64,000 bases of DNA, from contig CM035350.1 in the NCBI GenBank assembly GCA_020137815.1, positions 9,548,001 through 9,612,000 on the forward strand, given 5' to 3'. The notes beneath the pieces were generated by a model. That model searched no databases. It was not told the DNA's origin and was given only the letters and a program-made list of their open reading frames with translations. This stretch comes from Hormiphora californensis (lineage: Eukaryota > Animalia > Ctenophora). Shown in pieces: positions 36,501 to 50,177 of the stretch; within the stretch, counting starts at the first letter, position 1, and every line of letters begins with the position of its first letter. The position numbers were made by a program, and so were the translations under genes.

Positions 36501-38841
36501 CATGTGGCTTTGTTACATTAAGAACTGTTTGGTACGAATCCGAACTTGTGTTCTCTGATCGAACAGTTTCTCAATTGGTATGTCTCGTTTCCTTTGGAGA
36601 GGCAAGTGGCAGCATTTTCAGTCCGTTGTTTTAGGAGAGGTGTTATTAACACTTCCATTCCAAATCGATGACAGCAGCACAGAGATTATTCCTCAAAGAG
36701 GCAGGTTGGGAATCTTGTCACATAATTCCGAAAGTCGTATGGTTACTTTCTGACGGGCACAAAAGAGCCGATTCACCAGCTGACTTGGGACTTCGAATGT
36801 CAGAGGTAAAATAGTCCGAGCCACACTTTTTCCACTGCGATTCATCTTCATCCGTTCCATCGATACAGTCCTTCCTTATCCATTACACCATCCTAACGGT
36901 ATTGGTAGAGAGATATTCTTTTCCACGTGCTCGACTGGAATCTTCTACACATTTAATGCTAGTTTTACTACAACTTTCACTTTCGCCGATTTACAATCAC
37001 ATGGCCATACACTTTTGTCCCTTGTGGATTTTACAGTCCGGTCCAAGTTCTAAGCACTTATTATTGTAATCATCATCACAGAGGTGGTAGCCCTTGCAAG
37101 TATCCCCAGATGAAATGTTTGTTGGGTATCCCTCTGACAGACACTGAACTGCAATCTTATCAGGATCACTGCAGTTGGTCTGTTCTGCCGATTTACACAT
37201 GTATATTGGTGAAGCACCGCATCTTGGCTGGATCTTGATACGTTGTCTAACCCCCAATATGAATACATGTGGTATGGTCAGCAGTGGTCCAATTTGCACC
37301 CAACTTCATCTTTCTCCATTGGGACAACGTCCTACCATTACACATCCGTAGGAGGCACCCACTTGTCCCCACACATACAACCATACTGCACACCGTTACA
37401 GTACCTTCATCCCCACCAGCATAGTGTTAAGTATTCCATCACAAACCGTGCCATTGCTGTTGCAGTTAACCAAGTTCAAGTCTCCATCACACCGCTGGAA
37501 AACATCATATCTATCACAGCGAGCATGTAATTCAACCCAGCTTCCAGCCTGGTAATCGTATTTATCTTGCTTTCTATAACACATGTACCTTCCACATAGG
37601 AGAGTTGTCCCATTCAGCTCCGTGGACCCTGAACATCCATCGTGCCCACATGCCTGGTACGTTCCCGGGTCATCTTGACACCGGCTTGTTACCCCAAAGT
37701 AATAACAACGACCACTACTAGCACCATCTGGATATCCCACGGTGTAAAGTTCATCTGACCAGGGGCACTTGAATTTCCATCTCCCGTTTTCTTCGCACTG
37801 TTCGTGTAGGTAGCCATAAACTTCAAAAGCTGTACAGTTGGGCGTAGGATTGCTCGTTGAGTCTTCAGCTGCAGATCTGTTGTTGGCAGTTTGTGCAGTG
37901 GTTGGTTTAACTTCATTGATTGTTCAGGCGATGTGATAGATGCAACGAGAGTGCAAGTGTTATAGCACACACCAGTACCAGCTTCATCTGCTCTACTAGA
38001 ATGGAAAAGATGCAGTGTTGCTAACATAATAATTTATGAGAACACGCTATTATCGAGAGCTAGTTGAGCAGGGACAGTTTATCAACAAATATTATGACAT
38101 ATGACGAACTTTTTAAAACTAATTTTTGCTGATAATAAACTATAGTTTGTACGCCACTATACAGTAATGGTTGTAATAATATAATCAATAACACCGGTCT
38201 ATATACTTATATTACTACCCGAATTGGAGGGAGAAGATAACGTAAGAGAAGAAGGGACTAAAAAATGGCGCTGCCCCCTCCCCCTCGCTCTCTCTCTAGC
38301 TCTCCCCGATCTTATTCAGCAAATCAGCGACACGCTGCCGGCTGCCCCTTCCTACTCGGCACAAGTATTGCTACTGCAAGATTTTCACGGTAGGAACATA
38401 TCTCTCAAAAGCCCCATTCGATGGAAGAAAATAATGATTTCACCAACTAAACTAATCTTTGAGTAAAGATAAACCCGAGCAAAAATAGACAATTTAGCAC
38501 TCGCTTGATCTTTGTGTTTTTTCCACAGACTTCATACATATATTTTTTTAAAAAGATAATATTGAAATATGAAATCTCATCCTGGTCAGAGATGGTGGAG
38601 TTATAACGGGGACTAACCATAAAGTGGGACCTGGATGATTCTCAGAGAAGTAGGACTTATTCCCATTTCCCTAAGAAGGAAATCACCGAATGTGAAGCTC
38701 TTCTTCTTCGGCATTCACCCGGACAGGGAAATAATGAATTCTGAGCTGGAGGTCTTAAATTTTGGTCAAGTAATTTATTTGTCTCCTAGAGTTACTGTAC
38801 CAAATTTTAATGCTCCACGATATCTGGAACTATGCTAGACT

Positions 38842-38873
<32 letters not shown>

Positions 38874-41800
38874 TGTCCCCACGGTATTCTGGTGGTCCCG
38901 AATCCTGATAATGGGATGGCCTGCTAGAAAACTACGAATCTCTCAAAAGTAACGTCCTACCTGAGATTGTGATCGCAAGAAGAATGGCAGTGATTCTCCC
39001 CAGGCACATGAGGCATTTTATCAGCACCAATAGACCGTATCCAATAACACTTAGGCTGGCTTTATCGTAACTAGTAAACGTTATCAGAAGTTATACTTTG
39101 TCGAGGTCATACCCTAGAGATCAGGAACCGACCGAATCAGGAAATACTGGTCCCTGATTGGCTGATAACCTGTCACGTGACCTAAATAGCGAGCTCTGAT
39201 TGGTTGTTTACTTTGTCGAGGTCATACCCTAGAGATGCTCAGAACGAGGGTCTCATACAAACTAGACAATATCTGCTAGTAAGTTACTTGCATCACGCTG
39301 AATACTTAGTAAGTATTCATTGCGATGCCTGACCAAACTTCAACAGACTTCACCAGAAAAGTGGATAGATCAACACAGGGATCACCCCCTCAACATGAGT
39401 ACCTTTGCTTGTAAAGGGATTTCTGGTAAAGCGCTCGACAATACTTTGTATTTGTTGAGTACCCTTTACTCTTTACAACTCTGACAGGTGAATCAACTCA
39501 CCTGGCTGCACGATGCTCGTTGATGTAACTTGTCATGCTCCACACGACACTAAAGAACGAGATAACCACCGAGAGATAGGTGTACCACTGGGTGTCTATC
39601 TGGGTATGTTTCACGATGATGTACAGCTGCAGTAGAAGCTGGGGTGTCGCCTCTAACGCCCCCTCGAACCTAGCAAAGTGTGAGGTAGAGCTGTGGTGAA
39701 AATATTTTTCCCTTCAGCGACTCAGCTATAAAATTAAAAAGATAAACCTACCAATCGTAAAAAGGCCGCATCTCGTCTGCCGTGATAAAGTTCCAATAAA
39801 TCTTTATTAAAGTAGACCTCCTTTATACCCTTCTCTGCGGCTTCCTTTACAAATGCACCGTAGCTTGGTTTTAACCGGGACCTCTTGTTACGTATCCTGT
39901 TAAAGAAATCGTTATTGATTGTACATTATGACGGATATTATTTTGGCAGCGAAGCTGCCAACTTTGTCGGAGACTGCGTCGCTGGCGCACCACGTACAGG
40001 GTATAGCGCGACGTGCCCAAGATATTACTATGAAAAATACGACTTGACTGAATGAATAATGAATGATTTAATAGACTAACGCCGGATCCAGCCTAAAGGT
40101 TTTCATGTTCCTCGACTTTTTTAGGTTTGCCAGTGAATATCTGCTAAAGATTGTTTGAGGTGTTGCCTTAGCAACCGACACTGTTAACAGAAAAATGGGA
40201 TTTTGGTGCTAAGTGTTGTCCTCCTTAACCCTTCATACACGTAAAGACAGAGTGAGAGAGCGAGAGAGCGAGAGAGAGACAGAGAGACGACGATCGACGA
40301 GAGCACCGAGAGAAGAGGAACGAAGACCCCGAGACTGACGCGAGCACCGAGAGAGAGGAGAGCACCATCGGACCGCAGAGGCCACGAGAGATGAAGAACG
40401 GAACGAGAGAGAGCAGAGACGAGAGGGATCGACGGACGGAGAGAGAGAGACCGAGAGAGAGCGAAAGGACACGCCAGGACGAGAACATGAAGGAGAGACA
40501 CAGAACATTAAGACGAGAGAGAGAACGAAAAAACTAACACTGCCGTGACGGACGCAGAGAGAGAGAGAGAGAAACCGAAGAGACGAGAGATGAGACCGCG
40601 AGAAACAAAACAACGCACTACGAGAGAGAGATGAGAGATCGGGACGGCGCACACCCAGCCAACCCCCCCCACCCCCCCAACAACCCTTCTCTGCCCCCGA
40701 CAACTATCCCGAACTAACAACCCTCGTTCTACCGCCCTTCCATATCCTCTCCCCAAATCCAACCGAGGAGAGAGGAGAGAGAGAGGGAGAGAGACGAGAG
40801 AAGGGGAAGTGCTGAGCCCAATGAAGTGGGGGGTATTCGTAACCCTGATTCTTAAGTCACGGTATTTTATGATAACTGATAAGAAAGAATTTCTGTATGC
40901 AAGGTCGGCCAGTACCGATTCTGAAGCTCTACTCATTTGACTCTTATTCAGAAAAACTAAATAGATATACCGGTGAGAGATGTAATTGAATGTACTGACG
41001 GTAGAAACCTGAAGTATAGAGGATGGGGCTGACGATTCAAGAATTACCATGTCTCCCTCCCTCTCTCTCTCTCTCTCTCTCTCGACCGTTCTCAGAGCGG
41101 CTCATTTCGGGCAGTGTAACGCGTTTTAATTTGAGATCCTGACTGGGCATTCTGATTATGCTTTGACCCACCATAACTCTTACTTTCTTCTACTTTCTTC
41201 TTTGTAATAATATGTTGCTCTGCTTTCTTCTGATCCTTGGTGGCACCCTCGCACAAGACCCCTGTGATGGCAACTATACTTTCTATAATGGATCTACCGC
41301 ACACAAGGGAGTTTCAGATTCTGTTTCATGGGATTGGGGCAGTGACACGGCATGTAACCTCCGCTCGGAGGAGGGGAAGCTGCTAAACACAACCTGTGGC
41401 AGGTGTGATGTACGATTTTTAGTTCAAGATGTTTGGTATCGGTTTAACAGTCCATGGACGAAACTCGTGGAAGTTCCAGACACGTTTTGTGATACTTTCA
41501 ACAACGATACAAATATACAAAATATGTATGTGGATGTATGTAACGCACCAAGTCAGTTACTCTTGGCTCCGAACAGTACAGACGGTTTATACAGAATAAT
41601 ATCAACAGGCTTTGGAAACGTTGACAAACCGTGTTTGTTATTTCCAAGTTTACAAATTGAAAGAAAGGATTGCAACGACTTTTAGATTTACAAACTCCTA
41701 GATGACCTAACACCGTTTGAGGTAAGAAATATAAATGTCTTGTATCAAAATAATTTAACTGATAAAGCCATTATCATATCATAAATATTTTTTAGTTTAT

Positions 41801-43558
41801 ACATTGTACTACTGTTGATATTTTCAGAGCATGTTGTGCGAACAAAATAGCGAAAGTCATAAGAATGGTTTCTGTATGGAGGACAGAGTCGATACGGTAT
41901 CTCTGAGGGCGGACCGCCATTTTGCGGAGCCGAAAAGCACCATTACAATCACCGCTGAGCGATCACCCGCTCCCCTAACAGGGTTAAAATGTCAGGGAGG
42001 TGATGGTATTGAAGTTAACCTAACACCCCTCAGTGACAACAACCACACCCACCACGGTTACACCTTTCTCTTGGCCAGTGAGAATGTCACATGTGCAATA
42101 GATGATTCTAGTGAGGAACAAGTATCAGTTTACCCTGTCTCATTTGAGGTTGAGGATATGAGGGGTGATGGTGGTGTGGAGATACGAGTGGTATGTCGAG
42201 TCACCCTAACCACCGATACCACGGGCATTACCCCATTCATCAGGGAAGGGGAAACAGATCATACTGATATTGAGAAGGTTATTGAGGGGGCATCTACACA
42301 CCGTCTGGAGCTGCATCTAACTGCTGACGAAACCAAGTTCCCCAGTGCTTTCAGGGAGCTGGTTAAAATATACAACTGTGGTGTTAAAGATGTATTGGAC
42401 GAGATCACCTCACAACCCTTTACCCTGACCCTTTCCAAGGTGTGTGGTCCTGGAACCGGTTTCGTCGATGAAAAAGCTACTGAATGTTCGTCTTGTCCTG
42501 TCCATACCTACAGCAACAATGGCTCGTGCATTAACTGTCCTGCCGGGACGGACAGCCTAACGGAGGGTGCTACGGAATGTACCAAAAACAAGGATGATCC
42601 TGATCCTGGAAGTAACAAAGTCATTATAATTGTGGTTGTCATGGTAACAGTGGTATTGATTGTTGCTATTGGCGTGTTTGTGGCAATTAAGCTGAACCAA
42701 CGGAGGACCCGGTATGAGCTGAGTGGAGCAGCAGTTGGTAACCCGGTTGTTGTCGAGCCTAAATTTACACGCTCACCAAACGGGACAGAGTGAAGGTAGT
42801 GATTATTGTATCATGATGCTTACCAAACGGGACAGAGTGATCATATTTAACACAGAGTGAGAGCGCTGCATCATGATTATGGGACTGTGACACTAGCAGT
42901 GATTTGACATTTGGAAGTCTGCGACTGGCAACGTTAATTGTACAAATGTGAACGCTTCTACGGGATCATATAATCCAGTTTTTTTTTCTGTGCATGTTAG
43001 AAAATTTTGAGGTGATTTGACTCATAAAGATTTCATGTTATTTCTTTCCTTTGATAAACCAAAGTTACCTTGTTTTTTCCCACATACCCAACATAGCGAA
43101 CAAATACTCGACCTTTCTCTCTCTCTCTCTCTCTCTCTCGCGATTTCCCAGTTGGTGCAGATAGAAATAAGGCAGAAAATATGAATTTATTCGAATATAG
43201 TTATCTGAACTATACTGTATAGTACCTGAGAGTTAGCCGAAAGAGAGCGAGATATCGGGGTACCCCTGGTAATCCTAGCAGATGACAAACCATACTCCAA
43301 ACTCCAAACCTGCCACAGGTGAATGGTTCAGGTTCCGCTTTCAACTCTTCTATCGCCTTCTTGTAGGCACCTTTTCGCTGTATGGGAGATGGATAGTTAC
43401 AATCTAGAGCCAAGTCAACCCAATCAATACACAAAACTCATAAAGCGCAAGATATAGTTTTTATTTGTAAATGAAGGATGTCAATCGTTTCCAAATAAAT
43501 GATACGGTCATCTTCCACATTAATTCGTTCTACAAAAGAGAGAGAGAGAAAGAGAGAA

Positions 43559-43643
<85 letters not shown>

Positions 43644-46062
43644 GATTCCATGCCAGGGATCGTCTAGATAAAACCCCTCCTGGACACTCATATTATATAT
43701 CCCCGCAATCTTCATACATCCATGAGATCATGCACCACGTGATTTCATAAGATGGTCACATCACACATGTGTACCTCACATGAGAGGATTTTAAGGGTAA
43801 CTGCAGGGGATGATGACCCATCAGCTGCAACTATTTGCTCGCCATCAACCTCAGAGGGACATAGAGGGAGGGAGTCACATACAACAACAGAAAGTGGGGT
43901 AATATGCTAGTTTTGGGTATGGAAACAAGCTATCTAGTCGAGATAGAAACGAGAGTCAAGATCAGTGAGTCTTGCTGATTTAAAGCGCTATAAACAGCGC
44001 TTTTTATAGTGCTATATAAAGCGGTCGAAATTTCCAAGCCCAAAACTATTGGGGGGGGGGGTCCAGCCCTAAAAAAAGCTAAGCTAACGGCCAAAATCAG
44101 GGTACCTTTAGCTTAAAAACTCAATTTTAGCTTTTTTTAGCTTTTTTTAGCTTTTTTTAGCTTTTTTTTTTAGCTTTTTATAGGCTAAAAAAAGCTAAAA
44201 AAAGCTAAAAAAAAAGCTAAAAAAAGCTAAAAAAAAAGCTAAAATTGAGTTTTTAGTGGATTCATATAGGTTCGAATCCCGCTGACGCCAAATTTTTTAA
44301 ACTTTTATTATAACGTTTTATAACGTTTTTTGAACTTTTTTAAAACTATTTTTATCAAATTTGAATAATATTTTTATCGAAAAAATGTCTCCAGAAAATG
44401 GCATTAGGGGTGGATACAGAAATTGCTATGTATATGGACATAAACGGTAGATTATGGTAAAAAAATGTGCAGGAAATGAACAAATGCAGTCAATAGACGT
44501 CCGGAAGGATGAAAATTTAATGGAAAAGTGTCAAGATGAATGTTGAAAAAACATAAAAAGTAGGGCTAAAAAAAGCTAAAAAAAGCTAAAAAAAGCTAAA
44601 AAAAGCCAACATAAAAAAAGCAATCGACCAAAATCAGGGTACCTTTAGCTTTTTTTTAGGGCTGGACCCCCCCACTATTACCAAAAGTGGTACAGGGGGA
44701 CTGAGGGAGGTAGAACGAGACAACAAAGAGATACAAAAAGATCAGGCATGAATTTAAAAGCTTACCCCAATGGTGGCACCAGTCACAATAATGGGCATCT
44801 TGCTGGGGCCAGCGTCCACACTTATCCTACTAATATCTCGATTAAGGGGCGGCCCACCGTGGTCAATCTCAACCTCTCCTGGCTCATCGCTCACTGGGGG
44901 AATTGGAGAAATTGGGAAATAGGGATATGATAATCAACTTACACAAATCACACCATGAAAATACCACTTCACACAGCCTTCTTCACTTCAAGTGTCTAAA
45001 TAAAAAGTTGCTTTGGTGTGAGAGATTGTTTATAAAGTGTGCTTTATTTCATGTAAAATGTGCTAGAAATCTCAACCTGGTGGAAGCTGGAAGTAAGATT
45101 CTCCACCTGAAGAAGGGTGATAGGGTGTGTGAGGTAGTAGTGAGGTGTGAACAGTGTTGTATGAATCAGCGGTGCACGCAGGGGGAAACTCACTCGTCAG
45201 GAGGGGTTTGTATAGAAATAATCCATTGTCTCCTGAGATTAAATTGCATAGAGGCCAAGTTATAGTAGTTAGCAAATAAACCCTGGTTGCACTAATTGGA
45301 TTGACGACAGACGTCTAGACGCGAGTCACGTAAAAAATACAGAAATCTGTAGAGCACTGTACAAAGTGAAACAAGCGGTTTCAGAGAACTACAATTGTTT
45401 CAATAAGAATTAAAGAATATCATCAGGTTCTGATCTTGACTGTAAATCTGTAGAGCAGTGTTTGAGATATGTTTACCATTTAGGGGGAAGATATGTTGAG
45501 AGGGTAGTTGATCATCATCCTTTACCCTTACAGTTTCATCAGTTAGAAAATGCTCCGTGTAATCTCTCGGCGCACAATACTTGTCTTCCTCGGTTAACTT
45601 TTCTATCCTGCCGAGAATATTGTACTTTGTAGGATGTATTTGTTATGTTCAAACCCTCCTTTACATTCGGGCGGGAAACAGGGTCGAGCAAGGAAAGTAG
45701 TTGTATTCAGTCAGTTGAAAAGTGTTACAGCGACTAAACAACTCACAAGTTTGTGACAGAAGTATCAAAAATAACCCATTGAATACTCAGGGCAGATAAG
45801 ATGATAGAGGGCAGAAAAAACAAGATTAGAGTTGCTATCCCAAAGTTGGTGTTTCCATTCCAAAAGTAGCTTCCAGCAACTAAAAGATCTGAAATAGTTG
45901 ATTGGAAATTAGTAAGAATAAAACAACACATAGCATGAAATTGAACGCGAGCCAAATTAATCGGTACCGACCTGTTATTGGATCAGCCACGCTGAGGAAA
46001 GCGGATGAGCTGTAATAGAAAATGTCATATATGAAGTGTAGCGTTTGGAATGAAATCAACAT
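33520..46062 (-). CDS. XK-related protein (XKR scramblase family), many exons; 3' end not resolved
   Basis: Colinear exons: ADPIT|DLLVAGSYFWNG..TLILFFLPS..SIQW (46062-45747); CHLLGLPGVPRY (~43.3 kb); DAAFLRL|FEGALEATPQLLLQLYII (~39.9-39.5 kb); LSISR; SVHWLSCL (~34.0 kb); QNLGMVLYWYF..LLGAFISLIYYR (~33.6 kb). Confidence 0.8.
34788..38027 (-). CDS. LDLa-containing LGR/GRL101-like GPCR, near-intronless, many frameshifts (pseudogene or read error)
   Basis: TM5-7 TNCLCFLFIAISY, IIVTDFFCWIP, LPINSVINPLLY; upstream Cys-rich fragments such as KDCIDGTDEDE are spread across frames. Confidence 0.75.
39122..39208 (+). mobile_element. One-ended MITE fragment flanked by a 28-bp direct duplication
   Basis: Starts CAGGAACCGACCGAA; flanks 39094-39121 and 39209-39236 are identical. 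Confidence 0.9.
41212..42793 (+). CDS. Type I membrane glycoprotein with a Cys-rich GCC2_GCC3/ephrin-receptor-like repeat, nested antisense in an XKR intron
   Basis: Signal peptide MLLCFLLILGGTLA; exons 41212-41721 and 41828-42793 joined in phase 0; CSSCPVHTYS..CINCPAGT; TM VIIIVVVMVTVVLIVAIGVFVAI; one in-frame TAG at 41683. Confidence 0.75.
44051..44673. mobile_element. Poly-G-ended foldback MITE with 6-bp TSD ACTATT
   Basis: TIR GGGGGGGTCCAGCCCTAAAAAAA(A)GCTAA; TSD 44045-44050 and 44674-44679; internal (AAAAAAGCT)n. Confidence 0.88.
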
Positions 46063-47143
46063 CACCCATGCCCTATATCAGCTAAAGTAGAGATCAAAAT
46101 GTTAAATGAGCCATGATGACCTTAGGTAATATATTCCCTAGCAATATTTGGTTAAAAGGGCACGAAGGGTTTAAATTGAAAATTCAATGCAACCAACGAA
46201 TTGTTCACCAATGTGCCCCTTATGGTCTACACAGATAGCTTGTCGGTACGCCCATGTCATGCAATTTCCCAAGAAGGGCGGCCTTGTTGAGCCCTAATTT
46301 GCTAGTCGCTCTAGGTCTTCCACTAAGTAATACTTCACTGGGTCTGCCTGTCAGAGTGGGTAGTGTGTTCCATAGTCGAGTCGCTCTACAGATGAACAAG
46401 TTTTGGTATTTACTACTTCCTAACAACTGACTTTTGCACTCTGAGTGACAGGTTGGGCTTCCCGGGTTATCATATTGGGCTTCAGCAAATTTTGAAATTA
46501 TGGGGACCTAAGACGGACCTGCAGCCGCTGTTTGGAACCATAGATGCTCAAAATGAGCAAAAAGCTTTAAAATCCCAATTTGTTTTGGCAAACGCTGCTG
46601 GCCCACGTGCAGGGATAAGACAGCGCTTTTCAACAATTTGTTTAGACAAATTTCTTTTTTTGGGTCATTTTGCAGGGCGCCATAGGGATCCCTAAAAAAG
46701 TTCAGTATTTACACAGTGTTTACACAGTCTTTACACAGTCGTTACACCCAGAGCGGCGGGGCGCGATTATAATCTGGGTGCCTTGCAGCCTGTTTACAGG
46801 TGCGCGCTGCCAAAAGAGTATACTTAGACCGACTTTTTTCAAACGGCTATAGCCATGGAACCACATGGCCGATTCGAGTAAACTAAACAGTATCAGTTAG
46901 AGAATCGATAGCCCTAACCGATAACTCCAAACCAAACTCTAACCAGACCCTAACGGATAGCCCTAACCCGTCGTGCGCGCCAAAACTACGAATTGTTAGC
47001 AATGAAAGGCACCCAGATTTTAACGTTTTCCAGAGCGGCGCGTGCTGCGTTTCGCGGCTTTTTCTAAGAAAATATTGGATTGTGTGCTGCACAATTGAGT
47101 AAATTGAGCGCTGCGGCGAAAAAAGTTTCCGAAAACGCTGCAA

Positions 47144-48227
47144 ATAAGGAACCATAATAAAGTTCAAGAGCCTCCAAGAGCACCCAAGAGCGCACCCGAT
47201 CGAAGAGAGACCACACCTGAGAGCGCACCACACCCAAAAGAGACCACATCCAAGAGCGCACCACCTCCAGAAGACACCACTTCAAGAGCGCACCACATCA
47301 AAGAGAGCTCCCCATCCAGAAGATACCACGCGCAGGGGACACCACGCGCAGAAGAGACCAGCGCGGCGTTGTATTTGCGCGTGCGGTCTCTTCTGCGCGT
47401 GGTGTCCCCTGCGCGCGGTATCTTCTGGATGGGGAGCTCTTTTTGATGTGGTGCGCTCTTGGAGTGGTGTCTTTTGGAGGTGGGGGCACAAAACACCAGT
47501 GACCACGCCTTGATCTGCAAGGTTGGAGGCTTTGATATGTGGAGACATGACCACCTTCGGGATACCTTAGCCGATATCCTTCGGTATGCGGGATTCAAAC
47601 CCGTTAACACTGAACAGCCAATGTTGCCCTGTGACGGATTCAACCTGCCAATCAGTGCAAATATCAAAGCTGAAGCACGAATGGACATAGTCTGTCGTGG
47701 CTTATGGTCTGACATGCAGACCAGTTTCATGGATGTACGGGTTTTCCATCCTAATGCCCCATCCTACCTGAAGATGCCCATCACGAACCTGTATAAACAG
47801 CACCAAAATCAGAAGAAACTTGCCTATATGCGAAGGGTGCAAGAAGTGGAGCAGGGTTCCTTCACGCCCCTCGTATTCTCCACGTCGGGAGGTTTTGCCG
47901 GAGAAGTAGGGAAGGTTTTGGAGCGAGCGGCCAGGAAGATCTGTGACAGGCACAAGGAGAGTTACGCTGAAACCATGTCCTTCATCCGAGAAAAGACACG
48001 ATTCAGTTTGTTAAGATCAACTCTTGTTGCGCTTCGGGGAACCAAGAGAAGGGTTGTCCCAGTCAGTGTGGAAGATGTAGACTTTCGAGACAAGTGAGCA
48101 GAGAGAGGGAGTATGAGAGTATGACGGTGTGTGGGTAATTTATTATAATTTATTGTTTTTTTTTTTCTTTTGGAGGTGGTACGCTCTTGGATGGGGTGCG
48201 CTCATGAACTTTATTATGGTTCCTTAT
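47144..48227. mobile_element. MITE with TIR ATAAGGAACCATAATAAAGTTCA, host of the CRE fragment; related fragment at ~7720-7863
   Basis: Terminal inverted repeats and internal mirrored AGAGCGCACCA repeats. Confidence 0.8.
47484..48165 (+). mobile_element. 5'-truncated CRE-clade non-LTR retrotransposon (zinc finger + restriction-like endonuclease)
   Basis: ORF to 48097: DHALICKVGG..RHDHLRD..RMDI..DVRVFHPNAPSY..FTPLVFSTSGG; T-rich tail; 14-bp TSD TCTTTTGGAGGTGG (47470-47483 and 48166-48179). Confidence 0.85.
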
Positions 48228-48716
48228 CGAGTGCGAAAGACGCAGTCTTTACACCCAGAGCGGTGCGGGCGCCGTTATATTTTACGATCTGGGTGTTTGA
48301 GGGCCTGTTTACAGGTGCGTGCTGCCAAAAAAGTTGATTCACTAATACGGCTCTAACCGCCGAACCACTCAACCGTTTTGGCTAATTCAAAGCTTATCTG
48401 GTAGGGAATGTCAAGGCCTAACCCCAACCCAAACCCCAACCCTAACCCTAACCCTACTTTAGCCCTAACCGAATACCTCTGATTTTCTCTATCGATCCTA
48501 ACATTAAGCGTAAGTTTAGAACCTTGGTCAGTGAAGTACTAGAGAGTTGTACGTTAGAGGACAATCTGTTAACTTAGCTATACTTTTTATCCAATAGGAA
48601 GGCTTGTAATAGGGTTGTAACTTTTAATTATCTTTTTTACTTTTAATCTGTAACTTTCTGTAATTGCATTTTTGACAAGGAGTGTGTGTGTTTGTGTATG
48701 TGTGTGTTTGTGTGTG

Positions 48717-48762
<46 letters not shown>

Positions 48763-50177
48763 CATGTGTGTGTTTGTGTGTGCGTGAGAGTGCAAGAGGG
48801 AATGTTAGTGTAAGTTTTTGGGCATCTGTGTTTCAGTGATTTCTGAGAGTGTTTGTTAGTGTGCAGGGAGGATGTGGGTTTGTGTCTGAGCATGTGCATT
48901 CCGCTATTTTTAACTTATTATTCATTAATCATAATCAACTAACTTATTAACTTAATATCATTAATCATTATTTATACTCTGTTTATCTCCCAGTATATCT
49001 ACAGCCTATATTTTATATATAGTATCTGCAGTGGCTTAATCCTATTAACTTACAAAAAGAAGTGATATGTATTAATTTATATTGATACAAGATTTAATAA
49101 TAATAATAATAATAGCCCTAACCCTAAAAAACCGTTTGTCAGCACTCCCAAAACACCCAGATTTTAACGCTGGCCGAGCGGTGCGGGCGCTCTGGGTGTA
49201 ACGACTGTGTAATCACTGTAAAGACTGTGTAAACGCTGTGTAAATACTGAACTTTTTTAGGGATCCCTATTACGATCTGGGTGTTTCGTGGCCTGTTTAC
49301 AGGTGCGCTGTGTGCTGCCAAAAAAGTTGGTTCACTAAAATAAAATGGCTCTAACCGCCAAACCACTCAATCGTTTTTGCTAGTTCAAAGTTTATCTGGT
49401 AGGAAATGTCAAGGCCTAACCCAAACCCAAACCCCAACCCTAACCCTAACCCTGCTTTTGCCCTAACCCTAAAAAACCGTTTGTCTGCACTCTCGAAACA
49501 CCCAGATTTTAACGCTGGCCCATTTTTAATTTTGCGAACCAAGCCAAGCTAAAAAAAAGTTTAAGTTCAGTGCGTAAATTTAAAAATAAAGTCCAATTTT
49601 TTATTTAAGCGACAGGCCGCCGCGCATCAAAATGCAGCGCTTGAAATCGATTTCCGGTTCCTGATAAGCTAGCGACTTTTTATTGGTGCCATTGGAAAGA
49701 TAAAAATTTTATCTTTCCAACGCAGCCAGAATCAAGTCTTTATCTTATCAGGAACCGGAGATATGACCAATTAACTAATTGAGTGCGTGGCGGCCTGTCG
49801 CTTAAATAAAAAATTCGACTATATAAAGTCCGATGTTTAATAAAGTGAACCGCAAGTGCGTGGGAAAGTATTTTCCCGGTTGTTTCGATCATATCTCTAG
49901 CTCCTGATAAGATAAAGACTTGATCCTGCATGCGTTGGAAAGAGAAAAATGTTATCTTTCCAATGCGACCAATGACAAGTCTCTATCTTATCAGGAACCG
50001 GATTAAGCACACGCAAATGGAATTAAAGTCGGATTTTTTGAAACTGTCACCCCCCTTTTCGTGCGTGGAATGTTTTTGCGCGTCACATCACATGTTAACG
50101 TGTCGTGTGCGCGTCAAAATTGATAAATTTCACATGCACGGTCATTTTGGGGTGACAGTTTCAAAAAATCCGACTAC

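Noticed and set aside
40250-40800. Complex purine-rich sequence with ORFs
   Set aside because: Looks like an error-ridden (GA)n tract
44269-44290. tRNA gene
   Set aside because: Only a T-loop/CCA-like fragment; no cloverleaf upstream
48417-49471. Telomere-like CCCTAA tracts
   Set aside because: Short, degenerate and embedded in a dispersed repeat; not a chromosome end
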